64,000 nt of DNA from Anaerolineae bacterium (GTDB taxonomy: Bacteria; Chloroflexota; Anaerolineae; UBA4142). The translations under genes and the position numbers were made by a program. The stretch covers positions 73-64,072 of the forward strand of contig DAOUAL010000023.1 in assembly GCA_034433515.1 (NCBI GenBank), written 5' to 3'. The notes below the pieces were generated by a model. It made no database searches. It was not told the origin of the DNA and saw only the letters and a list, made by a program, of their open reading frames with translations. Below, piece after piece: positions 54,431-64,000 of this stretch; the first letter of the stretch is position 1, and each line of letters begins with the position of its first letter.

Positions 54431-56515
54431 TTATACCTGCGCCAATGCTTCTTTCACACGCGCGCGTGCCATTGCGCGCGCCTCGCGCGGATCCGGCAAC
54501 GCGGCAATCACCGTGCCTGTCACCAGCAACGCAAAGCCAATCCACAACCACACCACCAACGGATTGATGATCGCTTTGATAGTGGCAGTCCCGGCTTTGG
54601 CGTCAAAGCCCGCCAAAATCAAATACAAGTCTTCGGTTGCCGTTGTGCGAATTGCCACTTCGGTCGTCCACTGCGACATTTCTGGGTTCGGGCTGGGATA
54701 ATAATTTTTTTCCGGCGAAAGCACACCCAGACGACTACCATCTTGCAAGACCACCATTCGTGCCGCCACCACCTGACGATTCTCAGTGGGATAAACTTGC
54801 AAGCCATCAAACTGCAACGTAAAATTTTTTATCTGCATCGTCTCGCCAGGTTTCAAATTGGCTTGCGTTTCAAATTGATAGAACGTTGACCCTGCGATAC
54901 CAACCACACCCAAAATCACACCGATATGCACGATGTAACCGCCGTACCGCCGCCGATTGTTCGCAATCAACTTGATAAACGCGGTAGCCGGGTTTTCGTT
55001 TTGCTGCCGAATCCGGGTCAGCACCCCGCGATAAAATTCCAAACCGATCGTCGCCAACACAAATGCCACCGCGCTAAAGGAGAGCAGACCGTACCAATCG
55101 CGCACGCCGATTACAAACAACCCAATCGCCGTAATGATGGAGGCGACCAAGGGGCGCAAAAAGTTGCGTGCCAAATTTTCCGCCGTCGCACGCCGCCAAC
55201 CGATGAGCGGACAAATTCCAATCAAGACGATGAGCGCGAAGAAAATGGGACCGTTCACTTGATTGAAGAATGGTGCGCCGACCGTAACCTTTTTGCCGGT
55301 CACGGCTTCGCTCACCATGGGAAAGATCGTGCCCCAAAGTGTTGCAAACGCTGCGCCCACCAAAATTAAATTGTTGAGCAAGAACGAGGACTCGCGCGAG
55401 AGCAACGAATCGAGTTCGTTTTCCTCTTTGAGATCGTTCATTCGATCAAACAGCAGATAGAGGAACGACAACAAGGTGAGTCCCAGGAACGCCAAGAACC
55501 AAGGACCCAAACTGGACACCCCAAACGCATGCACCGATTGAATAATGCCACTGCGCGTGATAAATGTCCCCAGAATCGAAAGGCAGAACGTGAGCATCAC
55601 CAGAACCAGATTCCACATCTTGAGCATCCCGCGGCGTTCTTGGATCATCACGCTGTGGAGATACGCGGTGCCGGTGAGCCACGGCATCAAACTAGCATTT
55701 TCGACTGGGTCCCAACCCCAATAGCCACCCCAGCCCAGTTCGGTGTATGCCCATTGCATCCCAAACAACAAACCGAGTGAGAGGAACAGCCACGAGACCA
55801 ACGTCCATCGGCGCGTGGTGCGAATCCAAACATCGCTTAATCGTTTGGTGAATAGTGCCGCCATCGCAAAGGCAAAGGGAACGGTAAAGCCAACATAGCC
55901 CAGGTATTGCGTAACCGGGTGAATGAACATCCCGGGATTTTGCAAAAGCGGATTCAAACCATTGCCATCCGGCGGCGTAAAATCAAGCAATCGAAACGGA
56001 TTGCCCACCACCGCGTTCGCACCTTCGGGGGTAAATGGTGTGAGGATGAAAAATCCCGATTTTGCCGGATCAGTTGCCAGCGTCATGAGCGCGAGGAAAA
56101 ACGCGATTGCGAACGCTAATCCAGACACAGCATACGGCATCAATTCTTGATTCTTGTTGTTGTTTTGCAGAATGACGATGGCAGTGAAAAGCGAGAGAAT
56201 CCATGCCCAAAAGAGCAACGATCCTTCTGGCCCACCCCACAACGCCGACACGTTGTAGAGCAATGGTTGAGCGATGCTCGTCTGTAACGCCACATACTCG
56301 AATCGAAATTGATGTGTGATGAGCGCCCACTCGAGTACGCCGACCGCCAACGTAGTCAATGCCGCAACCGCCAACGCGGCATTGCGCGCGCTGGCAAAGA
56401 GGGGAAGATGATTGCGACGCGCGGCAACAAAAGCCGCGCCCGCCGCATACAGCGAGAGGAAAAAACTGAGCAGCAGGGACGCGTAGCCAAGATCAGCCAT
56501 TGCGAAGTCTGCCAT
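54431..56515 (-). CDS. ccmF: Cytochrome c heme lyase subunit CcmF
   Basis: 'WGGYWGWDPVENASLMPWL'; more than 12 TM helices. ATG 56515 is preceded by 'gaaggag'. Confidence 0.9.
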   Translation of the reverse strand: MADFAMADLGYASLLLSFFLSLYAAGAAFVAARRNHLPLFASARNAALAVAALTTLAVGVLEWALITHQFRFEYVALQTSIAQPLLYNVSALWGGPEGSLLFWAWILSLFTAIVILQNNNKNQELMPYAVSGLAFAIAFFLALMTLATDPAKSGFFILTPFTPEGANAVVGNPFRLLDFTPPDGNGLNPLLQNPGMFIHPVTQYLGYVGFTVPFAFAMAALFTKRLSDVWIRTTRRWTLVSWLFLSLGLLFGMQWAYTELGWGGYWGWDPVENASLMPWLTGTAYLHSVMIQERRGMLKMWNLVLVMLTFCLSILGTFITRSGIIQSVHAFGVSSLGPWFLAFLGLTLLSFLYLLFDRMNDLKEENELDSLLSRESSFLLNNLILVGAAFATLWGTIFPMVSEAVTGKKVTVGAPFFNQVNGPIFFALIVLIGICPLIGWRRATAENLARNFLRPLVASIITAIGLFVIGVRDWYGLLSFSAVAFVLATIGLEFYRGVLTRIRQQNENPATAFIKLIANNRRRYGGYIVHIGVILGVVGIAGSTFYQFETQANLKPGETMQIKNFTLQFDGLQVYPTENRQVVAARMVVLQDGSRLGVLSPEKNYYPSPNPEMSQWTTEVAIRTTATEDLYLILAGFDAKAGTATIKAIINPLVVWLWIGFALLVTGTVIAALPDPREARAMARARVKEALAQV

Positions 56516-56620
56516 AGCTTCGTCTCCTTCATCAGCCGTTGTAGGGGCAAGCCCTCTGGTCATCCTTGGCTTGCCCACACGAACAGCACTAATCGAATCA
56601 AAGGGTTTCCCAGTCCCGGC

Positions 56621-57076
56621 TTATTTTGAGGACGCGCCGGGAGTCTGGGATTCGTACTTGGACGGACACTTGACCAAAATGGTGGAGGCGATGAAGGTGC
56701 CATCTGCGCCAAGTTTACCTTCGGCGACCACGCTTTCGCCTTGCTCAAACGTATCGGGGTTGACCCCTTTGTACACGACCGGCAAAACCAGATCGTCTTC
56801 TTTCAGGTTAAATCGCAAGGTCAGCGTTTTGTCGTCAAATTGAATGGAGGATTTGTCCAGCGGCGCATTGATGCGGACCGGTTGATTGATCAGCGAGCCC
56901 CGTTGCGCGTACATTTCTTTGAGGGTCAAATAATAAATCGCGTTCGTCTGGAAAGAAGAAAGGGTGACGTACGCGATTGCGCCTAGAATAAGCAAGCCGC
57001 CGATCAAAAACTTCCATTTGCCGCCTGCCTTGACGGATGCACTCCGCTCCACCGCGGGTGCCACCATGCTATTCAT
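56621..57076 (-). CDS. ccmE: Heme chaperone CcmE, CxxxY variant
   Basis: N-terminal TM, OB-fold region 'VRINAPL...VVAEGKL'. 'LVKCPSKYES' sits where HxxxY is found in canonical CcmE (Cys137 codon 56666-68). Confidence 0.85.
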   Translation of the reverse strand: MNSMVAPAVERSASVKAGGKWKFLIGGLLILGAIAYVTLSSFQTNAIYYLTLKEMYAQRGSLINQPVRINAPLDKSSIQFDDKTLTLRFNLKEDDLVLPVVYKGVNPDTFEQGESVVAEGKLGADGTFIASTILVKCPSKYESQTPGASSK

Positions 57077-57220
57077 GACTTTCTCCTTGAAAAGACATTT
57101 ATCCGTAAAGACGCCATTGTCTTTACTCTGTTCAGATTATCACCATCAAGTCAAAATCGGGTCTAAGGGTAGTCAAAGCCGAGTCGTTATTTAGCGAATC
57201 TAGCCAATTGGGTCAAGCGA

Positions 57221-57595
57221 TGTTATAATGCCGTCCGCCAACCATCGAGACAGGCACACCATCGGCTGGGTAACTGACCGATTGACATCAGCGTTCGGCC
57301 GATTGGATTGCTCAGCCAATGAGCAATGTTCCAAAACAAGGCTGAGTAACGTCAATGGTAGCACTGCGTTATAGCGTGGAGACAACAGCCGCAGTTGAAA
57401 CGGCACCATCGCAAGCGTTCACGCCTTTTAGGCTTGGGTGGCTGTTTAAGTACTCGGCGTGAACGCTTGCGACAACTACCACGCGAAGCCGCCCTGCGGC
57501 GGCTGGCTTTGCGTAGTTGTTGCCGCGATTTCAATCGCCAGATTCGGACGCTACGCTATCCGGTGGTGCTACCACATCAATCGTTAATTTCTTTT
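57221..57595 (+). other. Hairpin-rich non-coding region (candidate structured RNA; strand and ends uncertain)
   Basis: -10-like 'tataat' at 57224-29. Perfect 15-bp stem 57411-25/57456-70. About 24-bp imperfect hairpin at 57472-57520. 8-bp hairpin at 57306-29. No credible ORF. Confidence 0.3.
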
Positions 57596-57720
57596 ATGCG
57601 CCAAGACCACAGTCACGGCGAGTATATTGTTGGACTAAACTGCTTCTAATCTTTGCTTAATCTAGTTGCAACATAATAGCCAAGAGTGATTCATATCATC
57701 ACCGAAACCATGGGGGGATA

Positions 57721-59184
57721 ATGCAACGTAATCGGATTATCTTTGGTGCCATTGCCCTTGGGGTCATTATCGTCGGCGCGATCATCTTTTGGATGACGCG
57801 GCAAACCAGCACGCCAACCACACGAATGCAGACCGCCACCGTTCAACGGGGCAACATCCTCGCGACAGTCAGCGCTGCCGGCAACGTCTTTAGTCCCGAA
57901 GATGCCTCGTTGGCGTTTCAAACGAGCGGCCGCCTAACCAAAGTCAATGTTCAAGTGGGCGATATGGTGAAAAAGGGCCAAGTGTTGATGGAATTGGATA
58001 GTACCGATCAAGAACTTGCCCTGCGGACCGCTAAAATCAACCTCACCAACCAACAAGCCAACTTTGAAGCGACCAAATCGAATTTACAACTTGCTTTACG
58101 TACTGCGCAAGCGAATCTGGCAAGCTCGCAAGCCAATCTGGAAGCCGCAAAAGCCAAAGCGGCGCAACTGCCCAATCAATTGGTCAGTGCCAAGGTTGCG
58201 TTGGACAAGGCAACTATCGCCTTGCAAAAAGCCCAAAGCGATTACAACGCCATCGCGTGGCGCGGCGATGCGGGAATGACCTCACAGGCGCAAGCCTTGC
58301 AAACCGCCACGCTCGATTACACCTCGGCGCTTGCCAACTATAACATCACCGCCTCGAACATTGCGAACGATACCACGCTCAAGCAAGCGCAAACGCAGTT
58401 GGAACGGGATCAGGTAGCACTGGAGCAAGCGCAACGCAACTTGGACACTAGTCTGCGCACCGCCCAAGCCCAACTCGATTCGTCGCAAGCGGCGTATGAT
58501 CAAGCGGTGCGCAACTTGGAAAAAACCAAACTTGTTTCACCGATTGATGGCGTGGTGGCTCAAGTCAACTTTAGCGTCGGCGATTCGGCGGGGACAGGCG
58601 TGGCGGTTGTGGTGGTTGATCTCTCTCAACTTCAAGTGCGGCTCACCGTCGCCGAAGTAGATGTTGCCAAAATCAAAGTGGGTCAAACCGCGCAAATGAC
58701 GCTGGATGCTTTGCCGGGCAAAACCTATAGCGCCAAAGTCTTGTCGGTGGCACCCATCGCCACGGTAACGCAAGGCGTGGTCAACTATCCGGTCATCGTC
58801 GCCCTGACGAACAACGATGGGCAAGTCAAGCCGGGGATGACCACCAACGTAACGATTACCGTTGAGGAACGCGACAACGTCCTCTTGGTGCCTTTGCGCG
58901 CCGTGCGGACACAAGGCAATCAGAAAATTGTTACCGTCGTGTATCAAGGGCAGAATATTCCAGTACCGGTTACGACCGGTTTATCGAACGATACATCGGT
59001 TGAGATTACAAGCACCGGCTTGCAAGAAGGCGATCAAGTTTTGCTCACCACGACCACCACAACCACACGCCCCACCGGGGGCGGTGGCATTCCGGGCGGC
59101 GCATTCTTTGTTACCACACGCCCCACCGGGGGCGGTGGCATTCCGGGCGGCGCATTCTTTGTTGGACCGGGGGGAGGACGTTAA
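57721..59184 (+). CDS. Efflux transporter periplasmic adaptor (HlyD/MacA family)
   Basis: N-terminal TM, lipoyl-like '[14 protein letters not shown]', long coiled coil, beta-barrel '[16 protein letters not shown]'. Confidence 0.85.
   Translation: MQRNRIIFGAIALGVIIVGAIIFWMTRQTSTPTTRMQTATVQRGNILATVSAAGNVFSPEDASLAFQTSGRLTKVNVQVGDMVKKGQVLMELDSTDQELALRTAKINLTNQQANFEATKSNLQLALRTAQANLASSQANLEAAKAKAAQLPNQLVSAKVALDKATIALQKAQSDYNAIAWRGDAGMTSQAQALQTATLDYTSALANYNITASNIANDTTLKQAQTQLERDQVALEQAQRNLDTSLRTAQAQLDSSQAAYDQAVRNLEKTKLVSPIDGVVAQVNFSVGDSAGTGVAVVVVDLSQLQVRLTVAEVDVAKIKVGQTAQMTLDALPGKTYSAKVLSVAPIATVTQGVVNYPVIVALTNNDGQVKPGMTTNVTITVEERDNVLLVPLRAVRTQGNQKIVTVVYQGQNIPVPVTTGLSNDTSVEITSTGLQEGDQVLLTTTTTTTRPTGGGGIPGGAFFVTTRPTGGGGIPGGAFFVGPGGGR
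59062..59163 (+). repeat. Perfect 51-bp in-frame tandem duplication (2 copies) in the adaptor gene
   Basis: 'accacacgccccaccgggggcggtggcattccgggcggcgcattctttgtt' occurs twice, encoding [17 protein letters not shown] twice. Confidence 0.9.
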
Positions 59185-59185
59185 G

Positions 59186-59929
59186 ATGGCTCCTGTCATT
59201 GAAATTCAAAATGTCAAAAAGATTTATCAAATGGGCGATGTCCAAGTGCCGGCGTTGAATGGCGTGTCTCTGAACGTCGAAAAGGGTGAGATGATTGCGA
59301 TCATTGGACCCTCCGGCTCGGGCAAGTCCACGTTGATGAACATCATCGGTTGTCTCGATACGCCAACGAGTGGTTCGTACATTTTGGATGGCGTGGACGT
59401 GTCCAAGATGACCGACGACGAACAAGCCCTGATTCGCAACAAGAAAATCGGTTTTGTCTTTCAGCAATTCAATTTGCTGCCGCGTACTCCCGCACTCGAT
59501 CAAGTGGAATTGCCGATGGTGTATGCTGGCGCATCCGATCGTAAAGCGCGGGCGCGCGAAGCCTTGGAAGCCGTGGGGTTAGGCGATCGGCTCCATCATC
59601 GCCCCACCGAACTTTCGGGAGGCCAGCAACAACGCGTGGCGATTGCGCGCGCCCTCGTGAACAATCCCAGCATCCTGCTCGCCGATGAACCAACCGGGAA
59701 CTTGGATTCCAAAGCCGGGCGTGAGGTGATGGCGATTTTTCAGCGACTCAATCGGGAACGCGGCATTACGGTCATTTTGGTCACCCACGAACCTGCCATC
59801 GCCGCGCATACCCATCGCATCGTTCGAATTCGAGACGGGATGATTGTGGGCGATGAACAAGTTGTTAAACCCAGAGATGCCACTGTCGAAGAATCAGTGT
59901 ATGATGCAAACAATGGAGGACGTGTATGA
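59186..59929 (+). CDS. ABC transporter ATP-binding protein (MacB/LolD type)
   Basis: 'GPSGSGKST', '[14 protein letters not shown]', '[11 protein letters not shown]'. ATG 59186 lies 1 nt after the adaptor stop. Confidence 0.9.
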   Translation: MAPVIEIQNVKKIYQMGDVQVPALNGVSLNVEKGEMIAIIGPSGSGKSTLMNIIGCLDTPTSGSYILDGVDVSKMTDDEQALIRNKKIGFVFQQFNLLPRTPALDQVELPMVYAGASDRKARAREALEAVGLGDRLHHRPTELSGGQQQRVAIARALVNNPSILLADEPTGNLDSKAGREVMAIFQRLNRERGITVILVTHEPAIAAHTHRIVRIRDGMIVGDEQVVKPRDATVEESVYDANNGGRV

Positions 59930-61158
59930 ATCTTCTCCAAAGTGTGCAGATTGCCTTGCAAAGCATCGGCGCCAATAAATTGCGTTCGGGCTTGACCATG
60001 CTGGGCATCATCATCGGGGTGATGGCAGTCATTACCATGCTCTCCATCGGACGAGGGATGCAGAACACGGTTACCCAACAAATCAGCAGTATTGGAACAA
60101 ATTTGTTGTTTGTGCGACCCGGCAACACACAACAAGGTGGCGTGCGTCAACAAGAAACTCAAGGCACGCTCACGCTCGGCGATGCCGATGCGCTCAGGGC
60201 TTTGCCCAACGTGGTCGCCGTAGCACCCCAGGTGGATGGGTTTGGCCAAGTGGCATATATGGCAAACAATGCGGTGGGGCGGATCATTGGGGTAACCCCA
60301 GAATACCAAAACACTTTGAATGCCAATGTTGCCACCGGCGAGTTTATCGCCTCATCCCATGTGCAAGGACGCGCCGCTGTGGTCGTGTTAGGCGCAGGGA
60401 TTGCCACCAGTTTGTTTGATACGGCAGACCCCATCGGACAATTTGTGCGCATCAATGGACAAAACTTTCGGGTGATCGGTGTGATGGAGCCCAAGGGGGG
60501 CACCGGGTTCAACGATACAGATATGCAAATCTATGTCCCGATTACCACCGCCGCCAGCCGGCTGATCGGGAATCAACGTTTTCGCGGCGGCGATGTGGTC
60601 TCGACCATCAACGTCAAGATCACCGACACTAGCGTCCAAGATGCTGTCGTGCAAGACATTAGTAACATTCTGCGTGAACGGCATCGGGTTCTCTTCCAAG
60701 ACGATTTCACGATTCAAAGTCAACAAGATATTCTGAACACGTTGAATCAGATCACGGATGCCTTCACGATCTTTTTAGGAGGCATCGCCGGGATTTCCTT
60801 GATTGTGGGTGGCATTGGCATTATGAACATTATGCTTGTCTCGGTTACCGAGCGCACCCGCGAGATCGGTATCCGCAAAGCGGTGGGGGCACGTCAACGG
60901 GATATTCTGATTCAATTCCTCACCGAGGCAACCGTGCTCAGTTTGTTTGGCGGCCTGATCGGTTTGTTGGTGGGGATAGGGATTGCCCAACTCATCTCTG
61001 GAATCAATATCGGCACCACAACTTTGCAAACCGTCGTGGACCTCGATGCAATTCTCCTGGCACTCAGTTTTTCGCTGGGCGTAGGATTGTTCTTTGGCAT
61101 CTATCCAGCCAATCGCGCCGCTAGTTTACATCCGATTGATGCGCTCCGTTACGAATAA
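59926..61158 (+). CDS. ABC transporter permease (MacB/FtsX type)
   Basis: MacB periplasmic domain plus FtsX '[19 protein letters not shown]'. 4-nt overlap with the ATPase gene. Confidence 0.88.
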   Translation: MNLLQSVQIALQSIGANKLRSGLTMLGIIIGVMAVITMLSIGRGMQNTVTQQISSIGTNLLFVRPGNTQQGGVRQQETQGTLTLGDADALRALPNVVAVAPQVDGFGQVAYMANNAVGRIIGVTPEYQNTLNANVATGEFIASSHVQGRAAVVVLGAGIATSLFDTADPIGQFVRINGQNFRVIGVMEPKGGTGFNDTDMQIYVPITTAASRLIGNQRFRGGDVVSTINVKITDTSVQDAVVQDISNILRERHRVLFQDDFTIQSQQDILNTLNQITDAFTIFLGGIAGISLIVGGIGIMNIMLVSVTERTREIGIRKAVGARQRDILIQFLTEATVLSLFGGLIGLLVGIGIAQLISGINIGTTTLQTVVDLDAILLALSFSLGVGLFFGIYPANRAASLHPIDALRYE

Positions 61159-61272
61159 GTCATCCACAGATTGCGCAGAGAGCAGAGTAGCACCGCATTC
61201 AATCATCAAGACAATCACTTGGATTGAGTGGGGTGCTATGCTGTGTTCTTTATGTTCAACTCAGAGGTTACT

Positions 61273-62658
61273 ATGAAACAAAAAATCGGATTCTTGATGT
61301 TAGTGTTGACGATTGGTTTGATTGCGCCTGCTGTATTCGCTGCCGCACCGGGTTCGGGACCGATGGATGCCATGCGCATCACCAACACATGGCAAACCCT
61401 TGCACCCAATTCTAGTTGGTGGTTCTATTTCGATTACACCGGTGACAAATCGCCCATCGAAGTAACGTTAGAAGACTATCGCGTACCGAACGTGCGGTTA
61501 TCCATCTTTACCCCCGACCAAGCCCGGAATTGGATGCAAGACCCTGCCACACCGCCCATCGGCATCGGCACACCCCCCAGCGATGCCAGCGCAATGCGAC
61601 AGTACGATCTCACATGGCGCGGCGCGTTCAATTTTCCCGGCAGATTTTTCGTCGTCGTTGCGAACGATAATCCGTATGCCATTCAATTTCGATTGAATGC
61701 CAAAGGCGAGGCAGTTCAACTTGCGCCGCCGCCCACGGTTACGCCGGTCCCTACTCCCTTCTTTGCTACGCCGGTACCGACAGGCAATCTCCAAGGTCGT
61801 TTGGTGTTGCAAGAATCGAGCGGCGGAAACATTTACACCGTGAACGGCGATGGCACCAACCTTAAAAGAATTACCTGGGGCATTGATCCCAGTTGGTCGC
61901 CGGATGGCAAGCAAATTGCGTTCACGCGTTGGGGCGCGCAAGCCGGGGTCTATGTTGCCAATGCCGATGGATCAAATGAACGCGCGCTGGTCGGAGGAAT
62001 GCGCCAGCCCCTAGCACCGCGTTGGAATCCAAACGGCACCAAGATTGCGTATACTCGACAGTGGGGCGGCTCGGACACCGATTCCGTTTTCTGTCTGGGA
62101 CGATTTTGTTTCACTCTCCCCGCCGATCCGCATTGGCGTTTGAGCACGGTGGATGTCAACACCCAAATCGTTTTCGACCCACGTTCCTCTGAGCACGCTT
62201 TTGCGCCGGCGTGGAAAAACGATAATGTTACGTTGGTGTATGCCGATGCCGGGTATGGCTTGATGGTTACCAACATCAAGGGTGATCCCGAGTGGAATAT
62301 TTACAAACAAAATCCGGTTGTGCAGACACCAATGTACAGCCCGGACGGCAAAATGATCGCGTTCACCGTCCGCGTGCACGACCACTGGGACATCAACGTA
62401 CTCGATCTAACGCATGGCAATGTTATTCCGGTCACGCGCCCAGACCCCATGGCGTTTCGCCCCACCAACAACGTTTCCCCAGTGTGGTCGCCCGATGGCA
62501 AACAAATTCTCTTCTTGTCCGACCGCAACGGCAAATGGGAATTCTTTGTGGCCAACGTTGATGGGACAAACTTGACTCAGGTTCTCAAGCGTGTTTCCGA
62601 CACACTGGCTCTCAATTATAATTTTTCGAATGAGCGCATGATAGACTGGCTCAAATAA
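61273..62658 (+). CDS. Secreted protein: PPC-like N-domain plus TolB-type beta-propeller (PD40 repeats)
   Basis: Signal peptide 'LMLVLTIGLIAPAVFAAAPG'. Repeated 'WSPDGKQI(A/L)F', 'YSPDGKMIAF', 'WNPNGTKIAY'. Confidence 0.7.
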   Translation: MKQKIGFLMLVLTIGLIAPAVFAAAPGSGPMDAMRITNTWQTLAPNSSWWFYFDYTGDKSPIEVTLEDYRVPNVRLSIFTPDQARNWMQDPATPPIGIGTPPSDASAMRQYDLTWRGAFNFPGRFFVVVANDNPYAIQFRLNAKGEAVQLAPPPTVTPVPTPFFATPVPTGNLQGRLVLQESSGGNIYTVNGDGTNLKRITWGIDPSWSPDGKQIAFTRWGAQAGVYVANADGSNERALVGGMRQPLAPRWNPNGTKIAYTRQWGGSDTDSVFCLGRFCFTLPADPHWRLSTVDVNTQIVFDPRSSEHAFAPAWKNDNVTLVYADAGYGLMVTNIKGDPEWNIYKQNPVVQTPMYSPDGKMIAFTVRVHDHWDINVLDLTHGNVIPVTRPDPMAFRPTNNVSPVWSPDGKQILFLSDRNGKWEFFVANVDGTNLTQVLKRVSDTLALNYNFSNERMIDWLK

Positions 62659-62677
62659 ATCCAACTCAGGAGGAGCA

Positions 62678-63391
62678 ATGCAACGCCCGTGTACCGTATT
62701 GATGTTTGTCGTGTTGGCTCTGAGCATCGTTGCCTGCGCGACAAGCCCGACCCCCACGCCGCAACCAACTGCGGCCCCGACGAAGGCAACGGCGCCGACC
62801 CCGGTTCCCCCGACCACCGCGCCGACCCCAGCCGCAAGTGCGTCGGGAGATACGGTGAAACTAGTGATGGTGCCAGGCAAAAACGAAGCGCGCTATCGCG
62901 TGCGGGAACAGTTAGCGAATGTTAGTCTTCCCAGCGACGCGGTGGGCGCCACCAAAGAAGTCACCGGTACCATCGTGGGCAAACTCGATGGCACGATTGT
63001 ATCCGCGCAATCCAAGTTCCGCGTAGATTTGCGCACCCTCAAAAGCGACCGCGATCAACGCGATAACTTTTTGCGCCGCAACGTGCTAGAAACCGATAAA
63101 TACCCGTTCGCCGAATTCGTACCCCTCGAAGCGCCGGGCTTGCCGCTGAAATTACCCGCCGATGGTAAAGTGGAATTCAAATTGGTGGGCGATCTGACGA
63201 TTCGCGATGTAACCAAACGGGTAACCTGGGACGCCAAAGGGACCGTGACCGGCGATGAAGCGACCGGCACTGCCACCACGCGCTTTAACTTTGCCTACTT
63301 TAACCTCACCCGTCCCAGCGTGCCAGTCGTCTTGAGCATCGAAGACAATATCATTCTTGAACTCGACGTATTCTTGAGACGCGAAAAATAA
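62678..63391 (+). CDS. YceI-family lipoprotein
   Basis: Lipobox 'SIVAC', Pro/Thr linker, 'KFRVDLRTLKSDRDQRDNFLRRNVLETDKYPFAEF'. Confidence 0.8.
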   Translation: MQRPCTVLMFVVLALSIVACATSPTPTPQPTAAPTKATAPTPVPPTTAPTPAASASGDTVKLVMVPGKNEARYRVREQLANVSLPSDAVGATKEVTGTIVGKLDGTIVSAQSKFRVDLRTLKSDRDQRDNFLRRNVLETDKYPFAEFVPLEAPGLPLKLPADGKVEFKLVGDLTIRDVTKRVTWDAKGTVTGDEATGTATTRFNFAYFNLTRPSVPVVLSIEDNIILELDVFLRREK

Positions 63392-63446
63392 TACCGCGCG
63401 TGGCGATAGAACAATTCTAGCGCCACGCGCTCCACTGGGAGTTCTT

Positions 63447-63650
63447 GTGCGTCAACGTTTGCAAACCCTCGTCGTACGGAGCGTGCTGGCGTCGCTCATC
63501 GCTTGGATTCTGACAAGTGTCCCTCTCGCCGAGATTGCGCCGAGAACCTGGTTTGCATTCGTCCAAGTTCCAATCGTCATTTTTCTGTTAATCTGTTACA
63601 TCGGTAAATCGTTGATTGATACGTTTTTTTATAATCATTATCAACCCTAA
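63447..63650 (+). CDS. Small hypothetical membrane protein (GTG start)
   Basis: 67 aa with two hydrophobic helices. No homology recognised. Confidence 0.3.
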   Translation: MRQRLQTLVVRSVLASLIAWILTSVPLAEIAPRTWFAFVQVPIVIFLLICYIGKSLIDTFFYNHYQP

Positions 63651-63663
63651 AGGAGTGTGAACG

Positions 63664-64000
63664 ATGAAAACAGCTTTGCTTGGCGTCGCCGTAGTGATTT
63701 TGATGGCAATTGCCGGGGGTGCGGGATACTACTGGGGCGATCAGAACGGCTTTACTCGCGCCCAAAATATCCGTACCGAATTTATCAATCAACGTTTTGG
63801 GGCACAAGTCCAAAGCGCCGGCATTGATTCCAGCCAACTCGCCGCGGGGCAACAACGTGGTGGCGGTCAAGGTGCCGCGCCATTCGCCGGGCGACCCACC
63901 GCGGGCGGTACCGTCAAGAGTATCGAAGGTAACAAGATTACCGTTACCCAGCCAGACGGCTCGACGGTCAGCGTGACGGTGGATGACAAAACGATCATTC
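63664..64000 (+). CDS. Hypothetical exported protein, 5' partial (runs off window end)
   Basis: RBS 'aaggag' lies 8 nt before ATG 63664. My translation: MKTALLGVAVVILMAIAGGAGYYWGDQNGF...GTVKSIEGNKITVTQPDGSTVSVTVDDKTII. Not in the track because there is no stop. Confidence 0.5.
   Translation, partial: MKTALLGVAVVILMAIAGGAGYYWGDQNGFTRAQNIRTEFINQRFGAQVQSAGIDSSQLAAGQQRGGGQGAAPFAGRPTAGGTVKSIEGNKITVTQPDGSTVSVTVDDKTII

Noticed and set aside
57200-57649. Short ORFs (60-84 aa) in the ccmE/adaptor intergenic region
   Set aside because: They are Arg/Cys-rich, mutually overlapping on both strands and lack an RBS. The region is better described as structured non-coding DNA/RNA.
58862-59185. 108-aa N-terminal extension of the ABC ATPase ORF
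   Set aside because: It overlaps the adaptor gene in another frame. The ATPase family starts at '[10 protein letters not shown]' (ATG 59186), right after the adaptor stop.

Overview
This is a chromosomal segment of a moderately GC-rich bacterium. Gene content and the tmRNA tag ANTRTNLAALPVAA suggest Chloroflexota, but that is inference from memory, not a search. The window opens with the end of an rrn operon (23S 3' end and 5S). After that it is mostly housekeeping: dnaG-rpoD-tRNA-Asn, hflX, pcm, smpB, ssrA, cydABDC plus an Rrf2 regulator, mtnP, a PiT phosphate transporter, apgM, two deoxynucleoside kinases, two S41 proteases, GT4 glycosyltransferases and a MacAB-like exporter. I saw no CRISPR array, transposase or prophage genes. 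There is one orphan tyrosine recombinase. The most unusual locus is a self-contained two-gene operon (37.8-42.3 kb) directly downstream of tmRNA. It pairs a REC-GAF-GAF-histidine-kinase sensor with a translationally coupled REC / protein-kinase-like / TIR protein whose catalytic motifs look intact. I propose it as a phosphorelay-gated TIR (NADase-type) conflict or defence module that I cannot match to a named system. Other points of interest: (1) a variant System I cytochrome c maturation cluster, with a CxxxY CcmE and a CcmI-N/zinc-ribbon fusion; (2) a PspA-SPFH-DUF4178-DUF2207 membrane-stress cluster; (3) two families of dispersed intergenic repeats; (4) a 640-bp hairpin-rich intergenic region; (5) a promoter-plus-terminator leader in front of cydA; (6) hflX with no canonical start codon; (7) a frameshifted 3' duplicate of the PiT gene; (8) several short tandem repeats. 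All functional calls rest on motif recognition by eye. No database searches were run.
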